Source: Myxococcales bacterium (GTDB lineage: Bacteria > Myxococcota_A > Polyangia > Polyangiales > Houyiibacteriaceae). Taken from it: a stretch of DNA of 64,000 nt. The position numbers and the translations under genes are program-made. Under the pieces are notes generated by a model. The model was not told the DNA's origin. It saw only the letters and a program-made list of their open reading frames with translations, and did not search any database. The stretch spans positions 5,995-69,994 of the forward strand of contig JAOTYL010000013.1 of NCBI GenBank assembly GCA_029861865.1. The letters run 5' to 3'. Shown piece after piece: positions 9,026 through 18,480 of the stretch. The first letter of the stretch is position 1; each line of letters begins with the position of its first letter.

Positions 9026-11278
9026 GTGTTTGGACTCCGGTCGTCCGCGCTCTATGCTAACGGCCGCGTGGGTTGGTGGAAAAAAGGCTGTCTTAGCGTC
9101 GTTCTCGGGCTGGTTCTGTTGGTTCTGGCGTTTTGGGTGGTCTACGGGGGCGCCGAATCGCAGCTCGATGGCGAGATCACGGTCGCTGCGCTCGCGCCGG
9201 ACCTCGTTGCTGCTCGGATCCGTGCTCAAAAAGGGACGGTGCCTGACACCGACAACCGAATCCTATTCGGCGACCTGCACGTCCATACGACGCTTTCGGT
9301 CGATGCGTTCATGTGGAGCCTTCCTCTCATGGGAGGCGAGGGGGTACATCCGCCGGCCGATGCCTGTGATTTCGCCCGTTTTTGCTCTCAGCTCGACTTC
9401 TACGCCCTGACCGACCACGCCGAGGCGCTCAATCCTCGCACGTGGGCGATGAGCAAAGATTCGGTTCGTCAATGCAACGCCGTGAACGCTGACAGCGACC
9501 AGCCGGACACCATCGCCTTTACGGGTTTCGAGTGGACGCAAGTCGGCCTCACACCGGAGGCTCACTACGGCCACAAGAACGTCATTTTCAAGTACGACAC
9601 CGAGGATCAGCTGCCCGCGCGCCCGATCGCCGCGCCCGGAATCACTTCACGCGCGTTTTCGAACCTCAGTGCGCTTTGGCCCTTGCTGACGATCCCTGCG
9701 CGGTCCTTCCCTAACCAGCAGAGCTATCTCGATTTCGCACGGCACATTCGCGAAAACGGGCGCTACCCGGTCTGCCCCGAGGGCTACGACACCAAAGATC
9801 TACCGCCTACGTGCCGCGAGCGAGCGGGAAGCCCGGACGTGCTTTTCAAGAAGCTCAACGAGTGGGGCCTCGACACGATCGTGATTCCGCATGGCACGAC
9901 TTGGGGCTTCTACACCCCGCTCGGCTACACCTGGGACAAGCAACTCCGTGCGGAGCTCGACGATCCCGAGCTCCAGCGGCTGGTCGAGGTGTTTTCAGGG
10001 CACGGCAATTCCGAGGAGTACCGCAATTTTCGTTCCGCGGTTGTCACCGAAGACGGGCTCGAGTGTCCCGAGCCGGTCGAAGGTTACGAGGCGTGTTGCT
10101 GGCGTGCCGGGGAAGTCATCCGCGAACGATGCGAAGACCCTAGCTCCGATGTGTGCCAGCACCGGGTCGAAAAAGCCCGCGCCGATTACCTACGCGTGGC
10201 CCTGGCGGGGCACGTCACGTTGCCAGGTGAAGATGTCGCCGACTGGAAAGATTGCGGCCAATGCAGCGATTGTTTCCTGGCGGCGTATCAGTATCGTCCG
10301 GGTGGCTCCGTGCAATACATGTTGGCCAAGGGCGACTTCGAAAAGCCTGATAATCCGCGGCACGCCACGATGGGCTTCATCGGGTCGAGCGACAATCACA
10401 GCGCCCGCCCAGGGACGGGCTACAAAGAGTTCGCGCGTCGCAAGATGACCGACGCCAGGGGTGCACCCGACGAGAAGTGGCGCAAGGCGGTGTTTGGCGA
10501 TCGGGGTGAAGCCGAGCCCGAGTCGATCTCGTTCACGATCGACAAGCTCATGGAGCGTCCGCCGTTCGAGCTGATGTGGATGGAGCGGCAGGCTTCGTTC
10601 TTCCTCACCGGTGGGCTAGTCGCCGTGCACGCCGCCGCCCGATCGCGCGAGGCGATCTGGGAAGCGATGCAAGACCGCGACGTGTACGGCACCTCCGGCG
10701 ACAGGATTCTTTTGTGGTTCGATCTGCTAAACGGGCCCGAAGGGGTTCGGCACATGGGAAGCGAGCTCGGATTTTCCAAGACGCCCAAGTTCGAGGTTCG
10801 TGCCGCGGGCTCCTTCGTGCAAAAGCCAGGCTGCCCGCCTGACGTGATCGAGACGCTCGGTACGGAGCGGGTCGAGAGCATCTGCGCGGGCGAATGCTAC
10901 AACCCTGGCGATCGCCGCCGCCGCATCACGCGCATCGAGGTGATTCGCATTCAGCGTCAGCGCGCTGAGGACGAGCCGATCGCCGAGCTGATCGAAGACC
11001 CCTGGCTCACGATCCCGTGCCCTGAAGATCGAGAGCTCTGCAGAGTCGAGTTCGAAGACCCGGCTTATGACGAGCTCAAACGCGACATGCTCTACTACGT
11101 ACGCGCCATTCAAGAACCGACGCCGACCGTGAACGGTGGCGGGCTTCGTTGCGCCGGGGGGTTGTGCGAGCCTTGCTACGGTAACTTTCGCACAGGCGAG
11201 GATGACGATTGCCTCGTCGATAGCGAAGAGCGTGCGTGGTCGTCGCCGATCTTTCTTCTGGCCGGTCAGGTGCCGTGA
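9026..11278 (+). CDS. DUF3604-family protein (PHP-like metal-dependent hydrolase fold predicted) with an N-terminal membrane anchor
   Basis: 750 aa. N-terminal TM helix, then the DUF3604 hallmark FGDLHVHTTLSVDAF and later IPHGTTWG, SSDNHSARPG. GTG start, so the exact start is uncertain. Confidence 0.8.
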   Translation: MFGLRSSALYANGRVGWWKKGCLSVVLGLVLLVLAFWVVYGGAESQLDGEITVAALAPDLVAARIRAQKGTVPDTDNRILFGDLHVHTTLSVDAFMWSLPLMGGEGVHPPADACDFARFCSQLDFYALTDHAEALNPRTWAMSKDSVRQCNAVNADSDQPDTIAFTGFEWTQVGLTPEAHYGHKNVIFKYDTEDQLPARPIAAPGITSRAFSNLSALWPLLTIPARSFPNQQSYLDFARHIRENGRYPVCPEGYDTKDLPPTCRERAGSPDVLFKKLNEWGLDTIVIPHGTTWGFYTPLGYTWDKQLRAELDDPELQRLVEVFSGHGNSEEYRNFRSAVVTEDGLECPEPVEGYEACCWRAGEVIRERCEDPSSDVCQHRVEKARADYLRVALAGHVTLPGEDVADWKDCGQCSDCFLAAYQYRPGGSVQYMLAKGDFEKPDNPRHATMGFIGSSDNHSARPGTGYKEFARRKMTDARGAPDEKWRKAVFGDRGEAEPESISFTIDKLMERPPFELMWMERQASFFLTGGLVAVHAAARSREAIWEAMQDRDVYGTSGDRILLWFDLLNGPEGVRHMGSELGFSKTPKFEVRAAGSFVQKPGCPPDVIETLGTERVESICAGECYNPGDRRRRITRIEVIRIQRQRAEDEPIAELIEDPWLTIPCPEDRELCRVEFEDPAYDELKRDMLYYVRAIQEPTPTVNGGGLRCAGGLCEPCYGNFRTGEDDDCLVDSEERAWSSPIFLLAGQVP

Positions 11279-12024
11279 CGCGATCGTGGCTGCTCGCCGG
11301 CGGGATGCTGGTCGGGGCGGCTGCGGCCGTGTTCTACATCGCTCGCGTTCCCGATCGTACGGTGCAGGTCGCCGATGTGGCAGTCTGGGTGAACGAGCGA
11401 CCCATCTCCCGCGAGTCCTACGAGCAGGCCCTTGCGGCAGTCGCTGGCGACAGAAGAGACGGCAAGCTCCGCCCAGAAGATCGCCAGCGCGTCCTCGATC
11501 GATTGGTCGATCAAGAGCTGCTTATCGATCGTGCAATCGAGCTCGGCTTGCATGAACGCGATCCGCAGATTCGAAATCAGCTCACGACCGCAATGATCGA
11601 CTTTCTCGTGCGTCAAGCCGAGGACGACGCCCGTGCGGCAAGCGAGTCGGAGCTCCGCGAGTTCCATCAAAGCGAGAGCTTTCGGTTCGAGCGAAATCCG
11701 CTCTACCGCATCGAGGTAGAAGGCTCGGCCATTCCGTTGCCTGATGGCTTTCTGCTCGCCAAGGAGATCGAGCAGCGCCTCGGCCCCACCGCAGCCCGCG
11801 AGATCAGCGGGCTCGAGGTCGGGGGCTCCACGACGATCGGAACACCGTCTGGCGATCTCTTTGTGACCCTCCTCGAGCGTCGCGGTGGTGGCGTGGCATC
11901 CTTTGAAGAAGCGCGTGAGACCGTCGAAGCCGCCTACCTTCGGGCCCGAGGCGAGGCTGCGGTGCGGGATTTTCTCGACGCCGCGCGCAAGCGAAGCGAC
12001 ATTCGTGTCGAGGTTCAGCCGTGA
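11275..12024 (+). CDS. Hypothetical membrane-anchored protein; weak SurA N-terminal-like chaperone similarity
   Basis: The GTG at 11275 overlaps the DUF3604 stop (GTGA). One N-terminal TM helix (WLLAGGMLVGAAAAVFYI), then a helical domain (VNERPISRESYEQAL...LVDQELLIDRAIELGL). The function call is weak. Confidence 0.5.
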   Translation: MTRSWLLAGGMLVGAAAAVFYIARVPDRTVQVADVAVWVNERPISRESYEQALAAVAGDRRDGKLRPEDRQRVLDRLVDQELLIDRAIELGLHERDPQIRNQLTTAMIDFLVRQAEDDARAASESELREFHQSESFRFERNPLYRIEVEGSAIPLPDGFLLAKEIEQRLGPTAAREISGLEVGGSTTIGTPSGDLFVTLLERRGGGVASFEEARETVEAAYLRARGEAAVRDFLDAARKRSDIRVEVQP

Positions 12025-13187
12025 AGGGCTGGTTGCTGATCGCCGCGCTTGGACTGGCGGCTGCCCCTTCAGGAGCCGCCGCCCATCAAAAGAGCGTGTC
12101 GTACTCGAAGTGGACGATTCTCGATGCGGGCGCGCTCGCCCAGGTGAAGGTCAGCTGGCTCGATCTCACTTCGCTCCCGCTTGCTCAGGACGCCGCCGAG
12201 GCCCCGCTCGAGCCGACGACGGTGTTCGGTTATCTACAGGATCATCTACTTCTCGAGACCGAGAATGGACCTTGCGAGCCGATCGAAGCGAGCGGCGCCC
12301 TTCTTCCCGCGGAGCGCGGCTGGATGCGGGTCGAATGGAGGGTTCGCTGTGACGCGCCGCCCACCGCCCTTTATAGCGGCCTCTTTCGGACTCTGACCAA
12401 CCACGTCCATCTCGCGACGATCTTTGGCGCGACGTCGAGGGATGTGGTCCTTTCCTCCACTTCGCCGAAAGCTCGGATCGCCTCTGGAGAGGGCGCCCGC
12501 GAGACGGGAATCACGGAGTATCTGCGCCTCGGGGTCGAGCACATCCTCACCGGGTGGGACCACCTGGCGTTTCTCTTCCTTTTGATCGTCATTGCGCGCC
12601 GTCTTCGCGAGGTGGTCGTCCTCGTGACGGGCTTTACGGTGGGCCATAGCATCACCCTTGCTGCCGCCGCGCTCGGCGCGGTCGTCCCCCACCCGAGGGC
12701 GGTCGAAGCGATCATCGCGGCGTCGATCTTGGTGATTGCGCTCGAGAACGCCGGTGCAGAGCACACACGCGGGGGGCGGGTCGTCATCTTCGCGGCGGTG
12801 ACGCTCTTCGTTGCGAGTGCGTGGGCGGGTGGGCTTTCCGCGCTTTGGGGGCTTGCTCTGTTCACGGCCTGTTACTTCGGCCTTCTTCGAACCTTCGCCG
12901 TTGCAGGGCGCCTGCGCTGGGTCATCGCATGCCTTTTTGGATTCGTGCACGGGCTCGGTTTCTCTAGCGTGCTTCTCGAGCAGGAGCTGCCGCGCGCGGA
13001 GCTCGTCGGGGCGCTCTTCGGGTTCAACGTGGGGGTCGAGCTCGGTCAGCTTGCGATCGTCGCTGCCCTATGGCCGCTACTGCAATGGCTCCGTCGCCGG
13101 GACCTCGGGGAGGTTGTCGTCGATGTCACCTCGTTTGCAGGTGCTGCGGTGGGGACGTTTGCCCTCGTCGTTCGAACCTTCGGTTAG
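12021..13187 (+). CDS. HupE/UreJ-family membrane protein with a roughly 170-aa N-terminal extracytoplasmic extension
   Basis: 388 aa with a signal peptide. HupE/UreJ signature HILTGWDHLAFLFLL followed by multiple TM helices. Its GTG start overlaps the upstream stop (GTGA). Confidence 0.8.
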   Translation: MKGWLLIAALGLAAAPSGAAAHQKSVSYSKWTILDAGALAQVKVSWLDLTSLPLAQDAAEAPLEPTTVFGYLQDHLLLETENGPCEPIEASGALLPAERGWMRVEWRVRCDAPPTALYSGLFRTLTNHVHLATIFGATSRDVVLSSTSPKARIASGEGARETGITEYLRLGVEHILTGWDHLAFLFLLIVIARRLREVVVLVTGFTVGHSITLAAAALGAVVPHPRAVEAIIAASILVIALENAGAEHTRGGRVVIFAAVTLFVASAWAGGLSALWGLALFTACYFGLLRTFAVAGRLRWVIACLFGFVHGLGFSSVLLEQELPRAELVGALFGFNVGVELGQLAIVAALWPLLQWLRRRDLGEVVVDVTSFAGAAVGTFALVVRTFG

Positions 13188-13193
13188 TCGGCT

Positions 13194-14408
13194 TCAGCTG
13201 AAGAACGGACCGCTCACCTCGTAGGTGACCCCGTCGACGCCCGTGATGACCCCCGAAGTCCCGCGCTGGGAACTGAAGTACAGCCTGTCGAAGGAGGGTC
13301 CGAACGCGGGCCCCGTAATCTCGGAGCCGTCCTGACCGGTCACCTGAAGAACCGGAGCTATCGCGCCATCAACACTGATCGCGACGATCTCCATGTTGCC
13401 GCCGTCCTCTGCCACCAAGACATCGCCGGCCGGCGAAACCGTGAGGTTGTCGACGCCAGTCAGGATGGGCGTGCTCGAGGTAGCGGCATCATAAATGATC
13501 GAAAGATTGGAGCTTCGATCCTCGTAGGCCCAAACTCGGTTGTCACCCTTGGTAGAAAAGTAGATGACGCCATCGTGGTACCAAATCCCCTCACCGCCGT
13601 CGAACGGGGTGCTCGATGCGACCTGTCGGCGCGTCGGGGTGGAGCTCGCGGAAGGGTCGGGCACGGTTCGCCACTCGATCAGGCCCCCAGGACCGCTGCC
13701 GACCACTTCGGCGATCTGCAGCTCTCCAGCGGAAAGGTCGGCGCGTCCGTCGATCATGGAATCCGCCACGAAGCGATAGAAACCGCCGTCACCGACGTCT
13801 TCGGTTAGGTACGCGACCTGGCTGTCGAGGTCGATGGCAACCGCCTCGTGCTTGAACACACCCAGTGCGGGGCGCACGACTGCCGACGTGATCCCGACAG
13901 GATCGCACTCCCAAACGCGGCCGTCGTCCTTCTCCTCGCAGGAAAGCCAAGTGCCCCAGGGTGTCGCGCCGCCCGCGCAGTTGACACTCGTGCCGCTGAG
14001 GATCGAGTAGGCATCGATGACCTCGCCATCCCGGGAGAACCGAACCGCGCCTGCGCCGCCCCCGAGCTGAGCGACCGTCTCGGAGTTCGAAACGTAGACC
14101 CATCCTCCGTCGTCGGTGATAAACACCGCGCCCCCATCGGGCGCCGAGTGCCATTCATACCCCGAGCTTCCGACGAGCTCGCCCGACCTCGCGATGACCC
14201 GGCTCCTGAAACCCTCCGGAAGGCGGATCCCGTTTTCATCGGGCTCCTGCAGAGGCCCGAGCGCCCCTATGTTGCTCATCAAGGCCCCATCGCCGCCACA
14301 GTGGGTCAACGCCCCACCCGACATGATCCAACCCATGCCGATGAAGCTCTTTTGGAGAAACCGACGGCGTGTCGGATCGACGATCGCTACTGGCATATCC
14401 GTGAACAT
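13194..14408 (-). CDS. PhoX-like / DUF839 secreted phosphatase-family protein with a Tat signal
   Basis: The start is taken at the internal ATG (MFTDMPVAIVDPTRRRFLQKSFIGMG), which gives a twin-arginine signal. DUF839 hallmark NCAGGATPWGTWLSCEE. The upstream 78 codons of ORF 13194..14642 look non-coding. Confidence 0.85.
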   Translation of the reverse strand: MFTDMPVAIVDPTRRRFLQKSFIGMGWIMSGGALTHCGGDGALMSNIGALGPLQEPDENGIRLPEGFRSRVIARSGELVGSSGYEWHSAPDGGAVFITDDGGWVYVSNSETVAQLGGGAGAVRFSRDGEVIDAYSILSGTSVNCAGGATPWGTWLSCEEKDDGRVWECDPVGITSAVVRPALGVFKHEAVAIDLDSQVAYLTEDVGDGGFYRFVADSMIDGRADLSAGELQIAEVVGSGPGGLIEWRTVPDPSASSTPTRRQVASSTPFDGGEGIWYHDGVIYFSTKGDNRVWAYEDRSSNLSIIYDAATSSTPILTGVDNLTVSPAGDVLVAEDGGNMEIVAISVDGAIAPVLQVTGQDGSEITGPAFGPSFDRLYFSSQRGTSGVITGVDGVTYEVSGPFFS

Positions 14409-14480
14409 GGATCTTGGTCGCACCGGCCATGACTCGGTAGCACTTTTTCTCCAGCGAGAATAGTCTCGGCGACCAGCACC

Positions 14481-14573
14481 GTGAAATTCAGTCGTAGAGA
14501 TGTGATCAAAGGGATGGGCGCAGCCGGGCTGACGCCCCTGTTGGTGAGCGGTCACAGGGGTATTTCGTCCTAG
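14481..14573 (+). pseudogene. Orphan 30-codon ORF consisting only of a Tat-type signal peptide; possible gene remnant
   Basis: GTG AAA TTC AGT CGT AGA GAT GTG ATC AAA... translates to (M)KFSRRDVIKGMGAAGLTPLLVSGHRGISS*. SRRDVIK fits the S/T-R-R-x-F-L-K Tat consensus and is followed by an h-region. No mature domain follows in any frame. Confidence 0.3.
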
Positions 14574-14762
14574 ACCTGCAACCGGACAAGGTCCAAGCGG
14601 ACTGGGACGGACCCGAGACCGACAACGAGGATACGCCCCCACTTGCGCCGGCCTAGCCTGGACATCAAAGGACGGAGCATTAGGGCTTGATCAACGATCA
14701 CGGGGATTCTAGAACAGCCCCTGGGCTGAGGAAACGGCCCCCAAGCTACGAGGGAGATAGAC

Positions 14763-15341
14763 ATGGCGATCGAACTGCCCGCCCTTCCGTGGGCCCAAGA
14801 TGCGCTGGCGCCGCACATCAGCGCCGAGACGATCGAGTACCACTACGGCAAGCACCACGCGGGCTACGTCAAAAAGCTCAACGCCGCGATTGAGGGGACC
14901 GACCACGCGAGCAAGTCCCTGGTGGACATCATCCGCGCAGGTGGGGCGACCTTCAACAACGCGGCCCAGGTTTGGAACCACACGTTCTACTGGAACAGCA
15001 TGGCTCCGGGTGGGGGCGGCCCGCCGAGCGGTGCAATTGCCGACGCGATCAATGGTAGCTTTGGCAGCTACGATAAGTTCCGCGAAGAGTTCTCGAACGC
15101 CGCGGCGACGCAGTTCGGCTCCGGCTGGGCCTGGCTCGTCGCCGAAGGTGATAAGCTCGCCGTCCAAAAGACCAAAGACGCCGAGACCCCGATCACGACG
15201 AGCGCCAAGCCGCTTCTGACGATCGACGTCTGGGAGCACGCGTATTACATCGACTATCGCAACGCGCGTCCAGACTATATCAAGGTGTTCCTCGATTCGT
15301 TGGTCAACTGGGACTTCGCAAGTCAGAATCTGAGCGGCTGA
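14763..15341 (+). CDS. sodB: Iron superoxide dismutase
   Basis: 192 aa. LPALPWAQDALAPHISAETIEYHYGKHH, Fe-type FNNAAQVWNHTFYW, DVWEHAYYIDYRN. GGGAG Shine-Dalgarno about 7 nt upstream. Confidence 0.95.
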   Translation: MAIELPALPWAQDALAPHISAETIEYHYGKHHAGYVKKLNAAIEGTDHASKSLVDIIRAGGATFNNAAQVWNHTFYWNSMAPGGGGPPSGAIADAINGSFGSYDKFREEFSNAAATQFGSGWAWLVAEGDKLAVQKTKDAETPITTSAKPLLTIDVWEHAYYIDYRNARPDYIKVFLDSLVNWDFASQNLSG

Positions 15342-15351
15342 GGCATCTCAC

Positions 15352-16239
15352 ATGACCGCGCTGCGCTGGAGTCGACAAGCCTCGTTTGCTTGGTGGGCGG
15401 CAGGGTACGCTGCGGCTTTCGTTGCCGCGTGGGTCACCGTGGTGTTGGTGCCGGAAGATGTGGCTCCGTTGTGGACGGTGGCGATCGCCGATGTGGCGGC
15501 GACGCTGGTGATCTTCGCATTTTCGCGCGGTCTCAAGTGCTCGAGCATGTACGACGCCTATTGGTCGGTCGCCCCGGTCGTGATCGTCTTTTACTGGGCG
15601 TTTCACGCCGAGCCCGGCATCAACCCCATTCGCGCGGGCGCGGTCTTGTTCTTGGTGACCTGGTGGGGGGTGCGGCTCACTTACAACTGGGCGCGCAGCT
15701 GGCCGGGGCTACATCACATCGACTGGCGCTACGAAATCATGAAAGACAAGGCGCCGAAGCTCTGGTTCTTCAGCGACCTCTTTGGCATCCATCTCTTTCC
15801 GACGGCTCAGGTGTTTTTAGGGTTATCGGGCGCTTGGGTTGCGCTGGTGGTCGGCACCGGGCCGCTTTCCTGGATCGACGTCGTTGCGCTGATCGTCACC
15901 GCGGGGGCGATCACGATCGAAATGGTGGCCGACCAGCAGCTCGTCGCGTTTGCAAAGGTGAAGAAGCCCGGCGAGATCATCAAGACCGGGCTTTGGAGAT
16001 ACTCGCGGCACCCGAACTACTTTGGTGAGCTCTCGTTTTGGTGGGGCTTGTATCTGTTTGGCGTCGCTGCGGACCCGAGTCACTACTGGACGATCGCTGG
16101 CCCGTTGGCGATGACTTTGATGTTCGTCACCGTGTCGATCCCTTGGATGGACCGCCGCAGCTGCGAACGACGCCCCGAGTACGCCGAGCACATGAAGCAG
16201 GTGAGCGGACTGGTGCCGTGGTTCCCGAAAGGCAGGTAA
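15352..16239 (+). CDS. DUF1295 / steroid 5-alpha-reductase-like membrane protein
   Basis: 295 aa, polytopic, with the family motif GLWRYSRHPNYFGE. Confidence 0.85.
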   Translation: MTALRWSRQASFAWWAAGYAAAFVAAWVTVVLVPEDVAPLWTVAIADVAATLVIFAFSRGLKCSSMYDAYWSVAPVVIVFYWAFHAEPGINPIRAGAVLFLVTWWGVRLTYNWARSWPGLHHIDWRYEIMKDKAPKLWFFSDLFGIHLFPTAQVFLGLSGAWVALVVGTGPLSWIDVVALIVTAGAITIEMVADQQLVAFAKVKKPGEIIKTGLWRYSRHPNYFGELSFWWGLYLFGVAADPSHYWTIAGPLAMTLMFVTVSIPWMDRRSCERRPEYAEHMKQVSGLVPWFPKGR

Positions 16240-16243
16240 GCAG

Positions 16244-16263
16244 CCAACCGCCGGGCGGTTTGG
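16244..16263. terminator. Candidate bidirectional hairpin between convergent genes
   Basis: CCAACCGCCGGGCGGTTTGG fills the 24-nt gap between the stops at 16239 (+) and 16264 (-). GC-rich stem AACCGC/GCGGTT with a short loop. No clear U-tract. Confidence 0.4.
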
Positions 16264-18366
16264 TTACTCAGAGCCGGGCGTGCAGAGCGCCTCTGTATCC
16301 GCGGGGGTTTCGATGTACTCAGGGGTGTCGTCCTGGTCGCATCGGGGCAGGGATGGGTAGCTGCACACGCCTGGAGCGGTTGCCTGGTGCTCATCGCCAT
16401 CGCCGGGAGCGCAGTAATTCGTCCCTGTTCCGCCGCGAAGGAACTCGTCGAGCTGCTTACGAGCCGCCTCGCGCTTCCGAAGCTCTCCGTGCGGATCCCT
16501 GCAGAGCGACATCGGCACGTTGCAGAGCGGTTCGGGGCCAGGCATGCCGAAGTCGTACTCGGTGAAGAAGCTCCCTCCTGCGGTTGATTCGACCGGTGTG
16601 AGTCCCCAGACCTCGCGAAGCCCGGTCGTCAGATGCGGCGCATTGAGCGTCCTGGCCATGATATGCCCAGCATGGGTCGCCACCTGGTGGTCGCCGAGGG
16701 CCACCCGGGTCAACACTTCCTTGGTACCGGTGCCGGGCAGCGGGTTTTCTCGAATGTGGTGGGTGTAGCCGTTGGGTTCGACCCGGTCCCAGAGCATCTG
16801 AAACAACGCCACGACGAGCTGTTGCTCACGAAAATCCGTGTAGGTGTTCTTGAGTTGGTCGAGGAACGGGTTGAAGTCGACGCTTCGGAAGAGGAGCATG
16901 CTGTACGGCTGTCCCATGACCCCAAGAGCGCCGCGCTCGATGTCGGGGCTCAGGGCCATGAACACCGAGCCCATGATGCCGCCTTGGCTGATGCCATAGT
17001 AATAGGCCTCTTCGCCTTTGATGTACTGCCCGTACGTCGCGTCGGCGGCAAAAGCCGTCTTCATCATCCGCATCAAGAGGACGTAGTTGACGAAGCCTTG
17101 ATGCAGCCGGTCGAACATCGTTTGCAAAGTCGAGATGTTCCCGTTGGCGAGCGCGGCCCCGATCACGGGGAAGTCAAAGTCCGACATTCCGATGAGGTCG
17201 GTCGCACAAAATGCATAGTTGTACTCGTTCATGAACGTGAGGAAGTGACCCGATTGAATCTGTTCTTTTTCGCCAAGGAGCCCATGTCCATATTCGATGA
17301 TCGCTGCCGGGTCTTTGGCGGTTGCGCTATTGGGTATGAGGACCTCGAAGGGGACATTTGCCCATGGTGTGTCTTCATTGACTGCCGGTAAGCCATCCTC
17401 GCCAAAGACCAACACGGAGCCCGGTCCGTCAAAGGTCATGAACAGCGGCGCCCGGAACGTCCCAAAGATCCGAAACGCAATGTCCACGGGATTGTAGTCG
17501 GTCTCTACCGTGTCGATCGTATATTCGATCCCGCTCTCAACGAGCCCGAGCGCGGTATCCCGCATGTGCACGAGCCATGCGGTGTTGTTGGCATCGCTTG
17601 CGGTGTTGAAGTCCCAGGCGATCTGGACCTCGCTTCGATCCCAGCCCTCATCGGCGAGCCGCGTGAAAATGTCCTCGTAGAGTGCGCGTCGCGCCTCGAT
17701 CGATTCGTCGGCGCTCGAGGTGCCGTCGCGCAGGGCGGCAAAGCCTTCTGATGGCTCGATCACCTCGTCAGCCTCATTGCGCAGGTTGCGGAAGGCGACG
17801 ATGTACCGGGCGTTGTCGCGCAGGCGTTCGACCGGTCGAATCATGGTGGAGCGCTGCTCTGCAGTCGGGGCGCGGATGTCGATCTCGGCAAAGTGCGGAA
17901 CGAGCTCGCCGGTCTCTGCGTCGAGGAGGATGCTCGGTGAGTTGTCGGAGAGGGACTCGTCGATGTCGTTGGGCCCGCCGAATTGCCCAAGCGCTATACC
18001 GGGAAGATAAGTCATGATCGGCGACCCGGCGGAGAAGCCGTCGCTCTTGTCCCAGGGTGCAGGGTCGTTCCCGCGCATGAGGCCGGACCCAAAGGAAACG
18101 CGACGCCCAGTCGGCGTCTCCGAATCTTCGACCGAATAGACGTTCGATGGAAAAGGAACGCCGCAGAACTCAGGGACCAGAGGATCGCAGTCGAGGAGTG
18201 GGTACAGGCTCGCGTCAACGCCGCCCGTACCGCCTGTAGCAGCCGCACCACCTGTACCGCCGATGCCACCTACGCCTCCGACGCCGCCTGTGCCGCCTGC
18301 ATCATCGGATTCGCTGCAACCGAAAAAGAAAATCGCGAGCGCTGGGATAAGCCAAGTGTGCTTCAT
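16264..18366 (-). CDS. Secreted lipoprotein, probable alpha/beta-hydrolase
   Basis: 700 aa. Lipoprotein signal MKHTWLIPALAIFFFGCSE, a Gly-rich linker (GGTGGVGGVGGIGGTGG) and a nucleophile-elbow-like YYYGISQGGIMG. The family is not identified. Confidence 0.7.
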   Translation of the reverse strand: MKHTWLIPALAIFFFGCSESDDAGGTGGVGGVGGIGGTGGAAATGGTGGVDASLYPLLDCDPLVPEFCGVPFPSNVYSVEDSETPTGRRVSFGSGLMRGNDPAPWDKSDGFSAGSPIMTYLPGIALGQFGGPNDIDESLSDNSPSILLDAETGELVPHFAEIDIRAPTAEQRSTMIRPVERLRDNARYIVAFRNLRNEADEVIEPSEGFAALRDGTSSADESIEARRALYEDIFTRLADEGWDRSEVQIAWDFNTASDANNTAWLVHMRDTALGLVESGIEYTIDTVETDYNPVDIAFRIFGTFRAPLFMTFDGPGSVLVFGEDGLPAVNEDTPWANVPFEVLIPNSATAKDPAAIIEYGHGLLGEKEQIQSGHFLTFMNEYNYAFCATDLIGMSDFDFPVIGAALANGNISTLQTMFDRLHQGFVNYVLLMRMMKTAFAADATYGQYIKGEEAYYYGISQGGIMGSVFMALSPDIERGALGVMGQPYSMLLFRSVDFNPFLDQLKNTYTDFREQQLVVALFQMLWDRVEPNGYTHHIRENPLPGTGTKEVLTRVALGDHQVATHAGHIMARTLNAPHLTTGLREVWGLTPVESTAGGSFFTEYDFGMPGPEPLCNVPMSLCRDPHGELRKREAARKQLDEFLRGGTGTNYCAPGDGDEHQATAPGVCSYPSLPRCDQDDTPEYIETPADTEALCTPGSE

Positions 18367-18480
18367 GAAAACCTCCGAAGGGCGAGGCTATACCGGGAGA
18401 GCGTGACTCTCAAGCACCAGTCGCGCCTCCCAACCGTACCCCCCGTTGCCGGCTCCATCGATGAAGACTACAACCGCCAA

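Noticed and set aside
13192-13203. 12-bp perfect palindrome CTTCAGCTGAAG between the convergent HupE-like and PhoX-like genes
   Set aside because: With a minimum loop it leaves only a 4-bp stem, so it is not a credible terminator. It also overlaps the PhoX-like stop codon and is probably coincidental.
14409-14642. N-terminal extensions of track ORFs: 13194..14642, 25991..27256, 17983..19164, 3902..5440, 53271..54425 and 54140..56131
   Set aside because: In each case an internal start yields a proper signal peptide or abuts the upstream stop. The extension either overlaps a better-supported gene or has non-protein-like Arg/Ser/Gly composition. I shortened the starts accordingly.
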